NCBI GenBank assembly: GCA_964567535.1
Contig: CAZMNC010000150.1
Location: 1 to 62,441 of the forward strand
Direction of reading: 5' to 3'
Length of the DNA stretch: 62,441 bases
Source: an uncultured Desulfobacterales bacterium
GTDB taxonomy: Bacteria; Desulfobacterota; DSM-4660; Desulfatiglandales; JALVZP01
Part shown: positions 37,687-47,990 of the stretch, piece after piece
Layout: every line of letters begins with the position of its first letter
Numbering within the stretch: the stretch's first letter is position 1
The notes under the pieces: generated by a model
What the model was told of the DNA's origin: nothing
The model's database searches: none
Seen by the model: only the letters and a program-made list of their open reading frames with translations
Position numbers and translations under genes: made by a program

Positions 37687-38638
37687 GGATAAAAATGATG
37701 AGCATGAAGATGATAGATCTGATTTATTATCTGCTCTTACCTCTATCATAAGATTCTCTATAAGTACAAAGGACGACATTGAAAAATTTTTTAAAGAAGT
37801 TGTAGAAAAGATATCATCTGTTATTAATGCTGAAAAAGTTTCATTAAGTTTAAAAGGTAAGATAACATATCAATACAATCCTGATGGTTGTAGAACCATA
37901 TATATTCCTATAAATATAAATGAAAATGATTCTGATATATCTATTGGACATATCAGACTTGAAAAAAATAAAGACCAGAATATAGATCCAGAAGAACTCA
38001 AGTTTTTAGAAACAATAGCCTATATAGCAGGACTTAAATTCCAGAATAGCATCCTGCAACTCGTAATATATGAAGGTTTAGTACAAACCCTAAAAGTATT
38101 AGTAAACACTGTGGAGGCAAAGGATGTATATACTAAATTTCATTCTCAAAGAGTGGCAGAGTATTCGGTTGGAATATCCGAATTCTTGGGCCTTCCAAAA
38201 GAGGAAAAAGATACACTAAAAATAGCAGCGATTTTGCATGATATAGGAAAAATAGCTATTCCAGAAAACATATTATTGAAAAACGGAAAACTAACTAATG
38301 AAGAATTTGATATAATAAAACTTCATACTACTTTTGGTAATGAGATATTAAAACCTTTGAGATTTTTTCATCAAGAACGAGAGTTGGTATTATATCATCA
38401 TGAAAGATGGGATGGTAGTGGATATCCAGAAGGTCTTACAGGTGAAAACATACCTCTTCTTGCCAGAATACTTGCGGTAGCAGATTCCTTTGATGCTATG
38501 ACTTCAGATAGGGTTTATAGAACTGGAAGATCTTTTGAAGATGCATTAAAAGAGATAAAAGAGCTTTCTGGAATAAAATATGATTCTACTGTAGTAAATG
38601 CATTTGACTTTTTTGTGAGAAAGAAATATTTGAAGTAA
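37655..38638 (+). CDS. HD-GYP-domain c-di-GMP phosphodiesterase with GAF-like N-terminal domain
   Basis: HSQRVAEY, ILHDIGKIAIP and HHERWDGSGYPEGL form an intact HD..HDxGK..GYP motif set. Confidence 0.9.
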   Translation: MNYQPRLLKNRDKNDEHEDDRSDLLSALTSIIRFSISTKDDIEKFFKEVVEKISSVINAEKVSLSLKGKITYQYNPDGCRTIYIPININENDSDISIGHIRLEKNKDQNIDPEELKFLETIAYIAGLKFQNSILQLVIYEGLVQTLKVLVNTVEAKDVYTKFHSQRVAEYSVGISEFLGLPKEEKDTLKIAAILHDIGKIAIPENILLKNGKLTNEEFDIIKLHTTFGNEILKPLRFFHQERELVLYHHERWDGSGYPEGLTGENIPLLARILAVADSFDAMTSDRVYRTGRSFEDALKEIKELSGIKYDSTVVNAFDFFVRKKYLK

Positions 38639-38639
38639 T

Positions 38640-39248
38640 ATGAAAAAAGAGGCAAAAGAAAGAAGATCTGCTGTAAGAATAGATGATTATATCCCTTTTA
38701 AATATGAGTTACTAACAGAGGATATATACAATAATGAGCTCAAATCTTTTTATAATTCATCAAGTGGGGTGGAGCAAATAGAATTAAAATATCCCTTTTT
38801 TTCTTGGATACAGGATAGATATATTGATATGGAAGGGGATATAAGCCTTGTAGAGCAGATGGTTCTGGACTTACTTATAAGTATAAATGAAAAATTAGAT
38901 TCTTTAATAAAAAGTATTGCTAAAGACAAACTTCCTGAAAATCAAAATCTTTGTTTTAAACAGCCCCGATACGTAAACATAAGTGGAGCTGGAATAAGAT
39001 TTTTTTCTGATAGTGAAATAAAAAAGGGTGCTTGTTTGAAGCTATATATATGTGTACCATTATTTCCCCCCTTTGTAATATCTACGCTTGGCAAAGTAGT
39101 TTGGGTTAAAAAAGAAGAATTTAAATATAAAATAGGAGTCAAATTTACAGCCATTCATCAAGATGACAAGGATGCACTTATTCATTATATATTTGTAAAA
39201 CAACGCAAGATCATAAAAAAAAGCAAAGAAATTCATCCTACTCAATAA
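38640..39248 (+). CDS. PilZ-domain protein with widely separated RxxxR and NxSxxG motifs
   Basis: RRSAVR at residues 8-13 and NISGAG at residues 113-118, followed by a beta-rich C-terminal region (GKVVWVKKEEFKYKIGVKF). About 100 aa, partly helical, lie between the two c-di-GMP-binding motifs. Confidence 0.7.
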   Translation: MKKEAKERRSAVRIDDYIPFKYELLTEDIYNNELKSFYNSSSGVEQIELKYPFFSWIQDRYIDMEGDISLVEQMVLDLLISINEKLDSLIKSIAKDKLPENQNLCFKQPRYVNISGAGIRFFSDSEIKKGACLKLYICVPLFPPFVISTLGKVVWVKKEEFKYKIGVKFTAIHQDDKDALIHYIFVKQRKIIKKSKEIHPTQ

Positions 39249-39251
39249 TCC

Positions 39252-39279
39252 CGAACATATCCTCCTATTTGTTCGAAAA
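39252..39279 (+). promoter_or_regulatory. Weak sigma28-like element upstream of the first MCP: CGAACAT-N14-TCGAAAA
   Basis: Exact CGAACAT. The -10 candidate matches 5 of 7 positions with a spacer 1 nt longer. Ends 32 nt upstream of the ATG. Confidence 0.3.
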
Positions 39280-39311
39280 TAGATAATAAAAAACTCTGGA
39301 GGAGAAAGACC

Positions 39312-40502
39312 ATGATTAAAGATTACCTGCGTAAAATGAGCATCCGCCAAATCATGCTCACAGTAACAGGAATCATGGCGGTATTATGGTTTTTGGGATT
39401 TGGATATTGTATTGTTAGCTTAAAAAAGCTTGTATCCTTGAGTACAGAAAATAACCTTATGTCATTAGAAACTATTTTACATAAGGCCATCATAGATTAC
39501 TTTGGAACCCCAATCCTTGCATTTGCAATAACCTATTGGATAGGCTCTATACTTGTAAATGAGGCTAATAAACTCTTAAAAATAGCAGATCGCATAAGTC
39601 GCAAAGATCTTAAAGCAAAGATAGACGTCCCTGAAGATAGCTCTAATGAAATCCATATAATTGGAAAGGCAGTTAATCATATTGTAGATAATATAAGAGA
39701 GATCTTGGGTCATATGAAAGCCAGTATATCTAATTTTTCTTCAGCCTCTAATAAATTTTCAAAGATTATAAATCAAAATATAGATTTTACAAAGAATGCA
39801 TTTAATAATATCAAACAACTCACAGAATATATGGAGAAACTCAAAATCCAAATAAGTAATATAAACACATCTCTTAGCCAATTAACAGAAGCAGTAAATG
39901 AAATTTCCAGAAATGCTAATGAAACATCTCAGGAAGCAACAAAAGCAAATGAAGAAGCAGGAAATACAAGTAATATTTTAAATACCCTTATACAAGAAAT
40001 AGAAAATATAAAGTCTTCAGCAGACCTCATCCAAAATATAGCTGAACAAACAAATTTGTTAGCACTTAATGCCACTATTGAGGCAGCTCGTGCAGGAGAA
40101 GCTGGAAAGAGTTTTGCTGTTGTAGCTAATGAAGTAAAAGAATTATCTAACAATTCTGCAAAATCAGCAGATGAAATAAATGAAAGAGTTACAGCCCTTA
40201 TAGATAAAGGACAAATGATGGAACAAGGAATGAAACAAATTAAAGATGTTATAGCAAAAACTAACGACAGGACTATAAATGTGGCATCTGCTGTTGAAGA
40301 GCAGACAAGCACCATTTCAGAATTGGCCCAAAATGTCTCTTTTATAGACAATGAACTAAGTTCATTAAAAGAAGTACTTGAACAGATAAAAGAGAGGGCG
40401 GAACATACTGATGAAATTACATCAGAGGTAAAACATGGCTCAGAAGAATTAGCCAAAATTGCTGATATGCTTCAGGGAGAAGTAAACAAGTATCAGTTAT
40501 AA
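39312..40502 (+). CDS. Methyl-accepting chemotaxis protein (short sensor region)
   Basis: Two TM segments, HAMP, and the signalling hairpin [34 protein letters not shown]. Confidence 0.9.
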   Translation: MIKDYLRKMSIRQIMLTVTGIMAVLWFLGFGYCIVSLKKLVSLSTENNLMSLETILHKAIIDYFGTPILAFAITYWIGSILVNEANKLLKIADRISRKDLKAKIDVPEDSSNEIHIIGKAVNHIVDNIREILGHMKASISNFSSASNKFSKIINQNIDFTKNAFNNIKQLTEYMEKLKIQISNINTSLSQLTEAVNEISRNANETSQEATKANEEAGNTSNILNTLIQEIENIKSSADLIQNIAEQTNLLALNATIEAARAGEAGKSFAVVANEVKELSNNSAKSADEINERVTALIDKGQMMEQGMKQIKDVIAKTNDRTINVASAVEEQTSTISELAQNVSFIDNELSSLKEVLEQIKERAEHTDEITSEVKHGSEELAKIADMLQGEVNKYQL

Positions 40503-40516
40503 TATAATTATAAGGT

Positions 40517-40524
40517 GGGGGGGG
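40517..40524 (+). repeat. G8 homopolymer forming the Shine-Dalgarno region of the second MCP gene
   Basis: AAGGTGGGGGGGGTGATATTGTG: eight consecutive G in an otherwise AT-rich intergenic spacer, 7 nt upstream of the GTG start at 40532. Confidence 0.8.
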
Positions 40525-40531
40525 TGATATT

Positions 40532-42499
40532 GTGGAATATGGAAACATTAAAAAATCAGGATATCAACTCTCCATCTACCAAAGAGTATTAATTTCAATA
40601 GGAATAATGCTTCTTATAATAGCATGTTTTAGAATCTTGGAAATAAGAAGTATGTTAAAAAGGGAAAAAAGGAATTTTATATTAAATTTTAGAAAAACAG
40701 ATGTTCGTATATATGAAACAGCAAAAACATTAGCCAAAGAAAACTTAAAATTAGCTATTACAATAGCTGCTATTCCTGAAGTACAAGAAGCCATTGCATT
40801 AAAAGACAGGAATAAACTAATTGATTTACTTACACCTTTAATATCTAATCTCCAATCCCTTTCATCTTATCCTTTAAAGATCCATTTTCATATCCCTCCA
40901 GGAAAAAGCTTTCTGCGAGTATGGCGTCCTGATAAATTTGGAGATGATCTGAGGAGCTTTAGAAACACAGTAGTTAAGGTATTAGAAACAGGACATCCTA
41001 TTTTTGGGATAGAATCTGGAAGGGCAGGACTGGCTGTAAGGGGAGTAGCGCCTATCTTTTGGAAATCCCAAAATAAACCTGTAGGCAGTGTTGAAGTATT
41101 TACAAATCTTAAATCTGTAGCTCAACGACTTCATCATATTTCATATGAAGAAAATGCTCTTTTATGGCTAAAAAGAGTAAATGACACTGTAAGTACTGAA
41201 AATTTTCATGATAAAATAGGCAAATTTATAGTTCTTCTTTCTCCAGGAGATGAAAAGCTCTCTATATTACAGCATATACCTATTAAAAAGGCCTTATATG
41301 CCCCTCATGTATTTGAAACAAGTAAATACCTAATAGATGCTGTTCCTATAAAAGATTATCAAGGGAAAACAGTAGGAATATATATCAGATTTGTAGATTT
41401 ATCTGTCTTACACAATAAATTGAAAAGTCTTCTATATAGAGGATTAGTATATTTGATAATATCAATGCTTTTAGGAGTCCTTATCATTGTGTTTGCTCTA
41501 AGAAGCAGTCTTATAAGACCAATGGAAAATGCACTCTCTGCAGTAGAACAAGTGGCTCGTGGCGAATTAGATCGTTTGATAACTTCAGATGGCACAAAAG
41601 AAATCCACAAACTATCCGATAGTTTAAACAATGTAATACTATCAGTTGGGAATTATATCCTTTCCATTCAAAGAAGTATAAAGAATCTAAAAGAAATCTC
41701 CAAAAATATATTTAAACAGGTTCTTGAAGAGGCTCAAAAATTATCAGATGGTAGCGGTGGAGTCAAAGAACATACCAAAAAGATGCTTGCACTTTCTGAA
41801 ACAACTAATCAAGAAATACAAAACATTGCTTCTGCAATAGAACAATTCTCAATAGCTATTCAAGAAATTGTTAATTATGTTAGTGAAACTTCTAAAGGAA
41901 TTACTCACATAAAAGATCATGTGAATTTTGCTATTAATAAAATATCTATATTAGATGAAAGTTCTCGAAAAATAGGTGAGGTTATAAAGATAATAGATGA
42001 AATTGCAGGACAAACCAATCTTCTCGCTTTAAATGCTACTATAGAAGCTGCAAGGGCTGGTGAAGCAGGAAAAAGTTTTGCTGTTGTGGCAAACGAAATT
42101 AAAGAATTGGCTAATCAGACCACACAAGCTACTCAAGATATTAGAAATACTATAGAAAATATACAGGACGAAATAAAAGGTGCTGTTTCAGCGATCCATG
42201 AGGTAGATCAAATTGTTTCAGGAGTTAGTGATATATCCATTCAAATGGCAAACGCAACTGAGGAACAATCTGCAATGGTGAATGATATCAAAAACAATGC
42301 AGAACAAGGAGCAAAAAATATGTCACAAGTATTAGAAGAAATAAAAAGCACAACTGTACTTATGGAAGAGTTTCTTTCAGTATCCAATAGACTCAAGGAG
42401 CTACCAGATACTTTATTTAAGGTGGCAAATAATATAGAACAACTTTCTTCTAAATTTAGGGTTAAAGATGAAATATTTAAAAACAACAAAAATATATAA
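40532..42499 (+). CDS. Methyl-accepting chemotaxis protein with Cache-like periplasmic sensor
   Basis: GTG start. The region between the TM helices has Cache-type blocks ([37 protein letters not shown]). HAMP domain and the hairpin [34 protein letters not shown]. Confidence 0.9.
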   Translation: MEYGNIKKSGYQLSIYQRVLISIGIMLLIIACFRILEIRSMLKREKRNFILNFRKTDVRIYETAKTLAKENLKLAITIAAIPEVQEAIALKDRNKLIDLLTPLISNLQSLSSYPLKIHFHIPPGKSFLRVWRPDKFGDDLRSFRNTVVKVLETGHPIFGIESGRAGLAVRGVAPIFWKSQNKPVGSVEVFTNLKSVAQRLHHISYEENALLWLKRVNDTVSTENFHDKIGKFIVLLSPGDEKLSILQHIPIKKALYAPHVFETSKYLIDAVPIKDYQGKTVGIYIRFVDLSVLHNKLKSLLYRGLVYLIISMLLGVLIIVFALRSSLIRPMENALSAVEQVARGELDRLITSDGTKEIHKLSDSLNNVILSVGNYILSIQRSIKNLKEISKNIFKQVLEEAQKLSDGSGGVKEHTKKMLALSETTNQEIQNIASAIEQFSIAIQEIVNYVSETSKGITHIKDHVNFAINKISILDESSRKIGEVIKIIDEIAGQTNLLALNATIEAARAGEAGKSFAVVANEIKELANQTTQATQDIRNTIENIQDEIKGAVSAIHEVDQIVSGVSDISIQMANATEEQSAMVNDIKNNAEQGAKNMSQVLEEIKSTTVLMEEFLSVSNRLKELPDTLFKVANNIEQLSSKFRVKDEIFKNNKNI

Positions 42500-42514
42500 A
42501 AGGGGGAGGTAATT

Positions 42515-44338
42515 ATGAACCTCTCAGTAAGAAAAAAATTATATGTTTTGTTTGGATTTCAAATAATAAGCTTTATTTTGCTATTCTGTCTTTTATATGG
42601 TTATATTATTCCAGCAGTAAAAAGATTACAAAAAGAGAAGTATATGACTACGAAAATAATAAGGAACATTTCCAGAATCCAATTAACAGCAGAACATTAT
42701 TTTAGTGGTGATATAAAGATTGATATGCTTATAAATAAAATAGAAAATACCAAAAAAACATTATTAGATAATAATATAAAAAATGAACTAGAAAATATTT
42801 TAAATAAAATAAAAATAATAGAAAATATTAATAAAAACAATGCCTTTTTACATAAAAAATTATTTGACATGTTAGACAAGTCTATTAAGGCATCGAATGA
42901 TTATATAAATCAGGTAAGTTATAGATTAGAAAACAAAAAAGACAGAAGAAAAGTATCAGATTTAGAAAGGATGGTTTTAAGACTTGCTGTTGTAAATACT
43001 CAAAGCAACAATGACATAAAAAGGATGTTCTTAAGTCTTTATTCAGACATAAACAATGTTTCAAAGCTATATAAGCTATTAGATATTGCGATTGAAAATG
43101 CAACACAAGCAAAAAAATCTTTATCAGGGTCTCCGCTTGTAGTTTTACCTGAAAACGCGATAAAATCTGATTTAAAAGCAAAGCAAATAGTCAAAAAATT
43201 TGAGAAAAATATGAGGAAAAAATTGGGATTAGAAGATAATATAAGAAAAGATCTAAATAATATTATTGTTGAAATGGGAAGTAATACAGAAACTATTATA
43301 TCTAAGATAAAAGAACTTGTATATGCTGCAAGCACATTAATAGTAATAATGGCATTTATAGCAGCAGTACTTATATATAGTATAATAAAAAGCATGAATA
43401 TAGCTCTTTCTGAATTAGAATCAAAACTTCCTAAGATAGCTGAAGGACATCTTACTCAAGAATTATTGGTTCATAACAAAGATGAATTTGGAGAAATATG
43501 CAATTTGTTTAATGGATTTATAAAGCGACTTAGGAATAATCTCAGAGAAATATTAGATAAGCAAAATCAATTTATCACTGTTAGTGAAAGACTTGCAAAT
43601 TCTACAGATGATATGACCACATTGAACATTGATATGATAAGAGATATGAAAGGTATTTCAGAAGATTCATCAAAAATAAAAAATGAAGCTCACAAAACAG
43701 TATCAAATATAGAATATTTAAGAAATGGAATAGATCAAGTTAATACTAAGGTATTTGATATGACAAAAGAAGTTGATGACGTTGCAAAAACTGTTCAAAA
43801 CACAAATTCTGTTATAGATAAACTTAACTACAGCACAAAAGAAATAGGAAATATATTAAAAATGATAAATGATATAACAGAACAAATAAATTTACTTGCC
43901 TTAAATGCTACTATTGAGGCAGCTCGTGCAGGAGAAGCAGGAAAAGGTTTTGCTGTAGTTGCTAATGAAATCAAGGACTTGGCAAACGAAACCACAAAGG
44001 CCACAGAATATATAAGCGAAAAAATTTCTGCCATTCAGGACAGTTCAAAAGAGACTTCAGACACTATTGCAAAAGTAAGTGCTATAATAAAGACACTTGC
44101 AGAATCTTTTGATTCAATAGCAGGTATAAGTGAGGAACAAAAAACTTCTGCTCAAGATGCTTATATGAGCATAGAAAATACAGCTCAGCATCTTAATCAG
44201 ATTGATCAAAAAATATCTTTACTTCATCAAAAAACTAAAAGCATAGAAGAAAATATAAAAAACACAAAAAATTTTATAAAAGAAATAGGTATTATGATAG
44301 AATCTACTAAAAATATGATAGGTCAATTTAAGATATAA
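42515..44338 (+). CDS. Methyl-accepting chemotaxis protein with helical (4HB-like) sensor
   Basis: N-terminal TM, about 250 aa helical periplasmic region, second TM, HAMP, and the hairpin [34 protein letters not shown]. Confidence 0.9.
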   Translation: MNLSVRKKLYVLFGFQIISFILLFCLLYGYIIPAVKRLQKEKYMTTKIIRNISRIQLTAEHYFSGDIKIDMLINKIENTKKTLLDNNIKNELENILNKIKIIENINKNNAFLHKKLFDMLDKSIKASNDYINQVSYRLENKKDRRKVSDLERMVLRLAVVNTQSNNDIKRMFLSLYSDINNVSKLYKLLDIAIENATQAKKSLSGSPLVVLPENAIKSDLKAKQIVKKFEKNMRKKLGLEDNIRKDLNNIIVEMGSNTETIISKIKELVYAASTLIVIMAFIAAVLIYSIIKSMNIALSELESKLPKIAEGHLTQELLVHNKDEFGEICNLFNGFIKRLRNNLREILDKQNQFITVSERLANSTDDMTTLNIDMIRDMKGISEDSSKIKNEAHKTVSNIEYLRNGIDQVNTKVFDMTKEVDDVAKTVQNTNSVIDKLNYSTKEIGNILKMINDITEQINLLALNATIEAARAGEAGKGFAVVANEIKDLANETTKATEYISEKISAIQDSSKETSDTIAKVSAIIKTLAESFDSIAGISEEQKTSAQDAYMSIENTAQHLNQIDQKISLLHQKTKSIEENIKNTKNFIKEIGIMIESTKNMIGQFKI

Positions 44339-44351
44339 TTATAGCTTAGGC

Positions 44352-44711
44352 GTGAAAGGGGCATATATTTTAATAATAAAGTTACAAAAAGATATGAATA
44401 TCAAAATAGGAAAATTGGGTAATATTTTTTTTAAAGCAGGTATATATGCATATGTGGGATCTGGAATGAAAAATCTTATATCAAGGGTAAAGAGTCATTT
44501 TAGAAAAGAGAAGAAATTACATTGGCACATCGACTATCTTCTAAAGAAGGCTAAGATTCAAGCTGTAATAACCATAGAAAATGATCAGAAGATAGAATGT
44601 GATATAGCAAATACGCTATCTCAAAATTTTAAAGTTATAAAAGAGTTTGGGGCAACTGATTGTAGATGTAAAGGACATCTTTTTATTATTCTTCCAATTC
44701 CTACCTCATAA
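44352..44711 (+). CDS. DUF123 / GIY-YIG-superfamily (Uri-like) nuclease-domain protein
   Basis: GAYILII..GIYAYVGSGMKNLISRVKSHFRKEKKLHWHIDYLL is the DUF123 signature (G.Y.YvGSa...l..Rl.RH....k.hWHIDYL). GTG start. Confidence 0.75.
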   Translation: MKGAYILIIKLQKDMNIKIGKLGNIFFKAGIYAYVGSGMKNLISRVKSHFRKEKKLHWHIDYLLKKAKIQAVITIENDQKIECDIANTLSQNFKVIKEFGATDCRCKGHLFIILPIPTS

Positions 44712-44717
44712 TATCTT

Positions 44718-44744
44718 CTTTTGATACCTTACTTTTGATACCTT
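44718..44744. repeat. Tandem duplication of CTTTTGATACCTT (period 14, two copies)
   Basis: CTTTTGATACCTT at 44718-44730, then A, then CTTTTGATACCTT at 44732-44744. It lies in the 48-bp spacer between the convergent DUF123 and beta-helix genes. Confidence 0.8.
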
Positions 44745-44759
44745 GATATAAAATATCAT

Positions 44760-46145
44760 TTAAATAGAGGGGCCTATAATATCATCTTTACTAATATAAC
44801 ATCCAAGAGGAATTGCTTCAGTACTATTTCCATCGTGATTGTAGTCCTGTCTGTCTATACCTGCATTTATACAAGGAGAATGTTTACTTAAATGAAAAGA
44901 AGATAAGTCTTTAAAATTAGGATTTGAGACAAAGGAATCCAGATCTAAATTTTGAGCATATTGCCAATTTATTAATCTATTATATTCTTTTTTATCCTTT
45001 CTATATGGACTTAATATCCATTTTCCTGAAGGGAAAAAACAATTGTGATCAGAATATCTTGGTATATATATGTCGGGTCCTATTGTTTTTCTATGAGCAC
45101 CTACAAAAATGACATTTACCCAATAAAATATATTGTTCCATATTTGGAGATTAGGCGCTCCTGTAACTGATATTCCTGTTTTTAAATAAGAAAACACATT
45201 ATTCCATATTAATGTATTACGCCAATCAGAGATATATTTTCCAGTATGACTCATAGCTAATAAATAAATACCTGAGGCACAGTTTGCAATGATATTTTGG
45301 TATATCCTTGTATATAAGGTTTCTTCTTTACCATCCCAATAAGGAGATATTTCAGCATGATATTGAGTATCTCTGGAACATAAAAAGATTGCATGATTTT
45401 TACAATTGCGAATAATGTTTTTGTAAATCTTAAAATTATAATTATTTGCTTTAAAAAATATGCCTACTGTACAATTATAAATATAACAATTTTTTATTGT
45501 TACATTACTTGTAAAATAAGAAAGATAACCCGCTGAATTATGACTTAAACCTTGAGTACCATGAATTTTGCAGTTACTAATAGTAATATTTTTACAGTGT
45601 TTTAAATATATGCCTGGGTGATTGTCATTTGTATTAATAAAATGCCCTATTATTTCACATTTATTTATTATACAATTATTAGCTTCCAGCATTACCACTG
45701 CAGCATCTCCATGATCCATATGTAATGATTCAAAAATAAGACCGTTTATAATAATATTATTAGCATGTCTTATTAATAAAGGAAGTTTTTTTGCTTTTAT
45801 TACTACTCTATCTCCTGGATATGCCATAAATTTTATAGGTCTTGAAAATGTCCCTGAAACATTGATATATATTCCAATTGTACCAGGCTCGCAACCTATA
45901 GTACTAGTAAGATCAGGGGTGTGAAAATCTGATTCAATATACTCTCCTGCTTTTATCATTACTATATCGCCAGGTTTTACTATCCTTGCTGCATGTGAAA
46001 TAGTCTTCCAAGGCATATTTTCTGTCCCAGGATTTTTATCAGATGCTATATTATTGGATTTATCCACAAAAAAAATCCTTGCATGAACAGAATTACAAGC
46101 CAAGACAAAAAAAAGAATAATTATTATAGTTTTTATTTTTAACAT
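44760..46145 (-). CDS. Secreted right-handed parallel beta-helix repeat protein (polysaccharide lyase/hydrolase/epimerase-like)
   Basis: Signal peptide. PWKTISHAARIVKPGDIVMIKAGEYIE entry motif. Repeated ~22-aa units rich in N/I/G (NIIINGLIFE, NCIINKCEIIG, NITISNCKIHG, NVTIKNCYIYN). Confidence 0.7.
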   Translation of the reverse strand: MLKIKTIIIILFFVLACNSVHARIFFVDKSNNIASDKNPGTENMPWKTISHAARIVKPGDIVMIKAGEYIESDFHTPDLTSTIGCEPGTIGIYINVSGTFSRPIKFMAYPGDRVVIKAKKLPLLIRHANNIIINGLIFESLHMDHGDAAVVMLEANNCIINKCEIIGHFINTNDNHPGIYLKHCKNITISNCKIHGTQGLSHNSAGYLSYFTSNVTIKNCYIYNCTVGIFFKANNYNFKIYKNIIRNCKNHAIFLCSRDTQYHAEISPYWDGKEETLYTRIYQNIIANCASGIYLLAMSHTGKYISDWRNTLIWNNVFSYLKTGISVTGAPNLQIWNNIFYWVNVIFVGAHRKTIGPDIYIPRYSDHNCFFPSGKWILSPYRKDKKEYNRLINWQYAQNLDLDSFVSNPNFKDLSSFHLSKHSPCINAGIDRQDYNHDGNSTEAIPLGCYISKDDIIGPSI

Positions 46146-46156
46146 ATATATCGCTC

Positions 46157-47983
46157 CTATACCTTAATAAAGATTTGATACCATAGTTCTAAATTTATTA
46201 AAGCCCAAATTAATTCACATATATCATTATCAAGTTTTTCTTTAAGCAAGTTACAAACTATGTTCTTGTCATATAATCCAGATTCTGATTTATAAATTAG
46301 ATTCAAATATTGACCTAAAGATTTGTCATTTCTTAGCCATGAGCTTAATGGAACTCCAAAACCAGATTTTTTTCTATTTATTATGAGAGAAGGTAGATAT
46401 TTTTTTGCATATTTTTTTAATATATATTTTGTTCTGACTTTACATATCTTAAGAGTAGAAGATATCTTATAAGTAAATTCCACTATCCTGTGATCCAAAA
46501 AGGGGACACGAGACTCAATACCTGCTGCCATACTCATTTTGTCCTGTCGGATAAGAATAGAGACTAAATATGTTTTTAAGTCTAAAAAAAATAACTTTGT
46601 AAGAATATCTGTAATTTTTGAATTTACATGCATCATATTATATCTATATTTGAATTCAGTAGTTTTTAATCCAAATAATCTATTTAATAAATGAGGACTT
46701 ACAAAAGATGAATTAAACATGATGGTCGAGTCTTCATTCATACTTGCGAATTCTATAATTTTTTTTATCCTATGACTTTTTATAAAAATAGAAAGAGATT
46801 TCAAACAAAATAAAGCCCAAGGGAATTTTTTCAATAATGTATCTATAATAGGTATAAAATAACGCGGATATCCTGCAAAAAGTTCATCTGAACCTTCTCC
46901 TGTTAAAACCACTGTTACATAATTTTTTGCTAACTTACTGATACAATATATTAATACAGAATTAGGATGACAAAGAGGTTCATCATTATGATATATCATT
47001 TTTGGAAGCAATTCCGCAAATTCTCTTTGATCTATTTTTATCATGTGATGTTTAGTATTATATATATTGGATATAAGTTGAGCAAAACTTGATTCATCAA
47101 ACTCTTTTTCATAGAAACCAACAGAAAAAGTATGCACAGGCTCTTTTTTATATCTACACACTAAAGCTGTTATTAAACTTGAATCGATTCCACCACTATT
47201 AAATGTACCCAATGGAACGTCACTAATAAGCCTTTTATAAACTGAATCTCTAAGTAAGATATCCAATTCCTCTATAATAAATAATTCATTATCTATTATT
47301 TCTTGCTCAAAATTTATATCCCAATATTTCTTTATACTTACAGATCCATTTCTCCATATAAGCATGTGACCAGGAAGAAGATTAAACACTTTTTTAAAAA
47401 GAGTCTCTTTACCTGAAATAAACCTAAAAGTAATATATTCTTTTATTACTGAAGTATTCACTTCCTTAGGAAAGCCCTGATACTCCAAAATTGACTTAAT
47501 CTCAGAAGCAAATATTAATCCACCATCCCATATCGCATAATAAAGAGGTTTTATGCCCAATCTATCTCTAACTAAAATTAATATTTTTTCATTAGAATCC
47601 CATATGGCAAAAGAAAACATGCCGTTTAATTGATGAATACAATCGATCCCATATTCTTCATATGCATGTATAATTACCTCGGTATCACTATGGGTTGTAA
47701 AAATATGTCCTTTTGCCTTTAATTCAGTTTTAATTTCATTGAAATTATATATTTCACCATTATACGTAATCCATATGCTGCCATCCTCATTACTCATAGG
47801 TTGATGACCAGATTCTATATCTATAATACTCAATCTTCTATGAGCTAATCCCACATTTTTATTTACATATATACCACAATCATCAGGTCCTCTATGTATC
47901 ATCTTGTCTCTCATTTTTATTAGAGTATCATAAAACACTTTTTTATTAAGATCCTTATATATTATTCCACAAATTCCACACAT
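46157..47983 (-). CDS. asnB: Glutamine-hydrolysing asparagine synthase-family amidotransferase
   Basis: Ntn start MCGICGI (start set at ATG 47983 so that Cys is residue 2). PP-loop FNSGGIDSS. About 608 aa. Confidence 0.9.
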   Translation of the reverse strand: MCGICGIIYKDLNKKVFYDTLIKMRDKMIHRGPDDCGIYVNKNVGLAHRRLSIIDIESGHQPMSNEDGSIWITYNGEIYNFNEIKTELKAKGHIFTTHSDTEVIIHAYEEYGIDCIHQLNGMFSFAIWDSNEKILILVRDRLGIKPLYYAIWDGGLIFASEIKSILEYQGFPKEVNTSVIKEYITFRFISGKETLFKKVFNLLPGHMLIWRNGSVSIKKYWDINFEQEIIDNELFIIEELDILLRDSVYKRLISDVPLGTFNSGGIDSSLITALVCRYKKEPVHTFSVGFYEKEFDESSFAQLISNIYNTKHHMIKIDQREFAELLPKMIYHNDEPLCHPNSVLIYCISKLAKNYVTVVLTGEGSDELFAGYPRYFIPIIDTLLKKFPWALFCLKSLSIFIKSHRIKKIIEFASMNEDSTIMFNSSFVSPHLLNRLFGLKTTEFKYRYNMMHVNSKITDILTKLFFLDLKTYLVSILIRQDKMSMAAGIESRVPFLDHRIVEFTYKISSTLKICKVRTKYILKKYAKKYLPSLIINRKKSGFGVPLSSWLRNDKSLGQYLNLIYKSESGLYDKNIVCNLLKEKLDNDICELIWALINLELWYQIFIKV

Positions 47984-47990
47984 TTTTATA

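Noticed and set aside
40057-40140. Near-identical nucleotide stretch (for example ACTATTGAGGCAGCTCGTGCAGGAGAAGC) shared by the MCP genes at about 40075 and about 43910, with a similar stretch at about 42040
   Set aside because: It corresponds to the universally conserved MCP signalling hairpin ([14 protein letters not shown]). Paralogous coding conservation explains it, not a mobile repeat or recombination scar.
39929-40456. 175-aa ORF antisense to the first MCP gene (similar antisense ORFs occur at 42241-42489, 43828-44034, 31358-32406 and 35070-36059)
   Set aside because: These are mirror-image ORFs of Ala/Ser/Glu-rich helical coding regions. The sense strand carries unmistakable MCP, CheA or FliD signatures, so the antisense frames are treated as artefacts.
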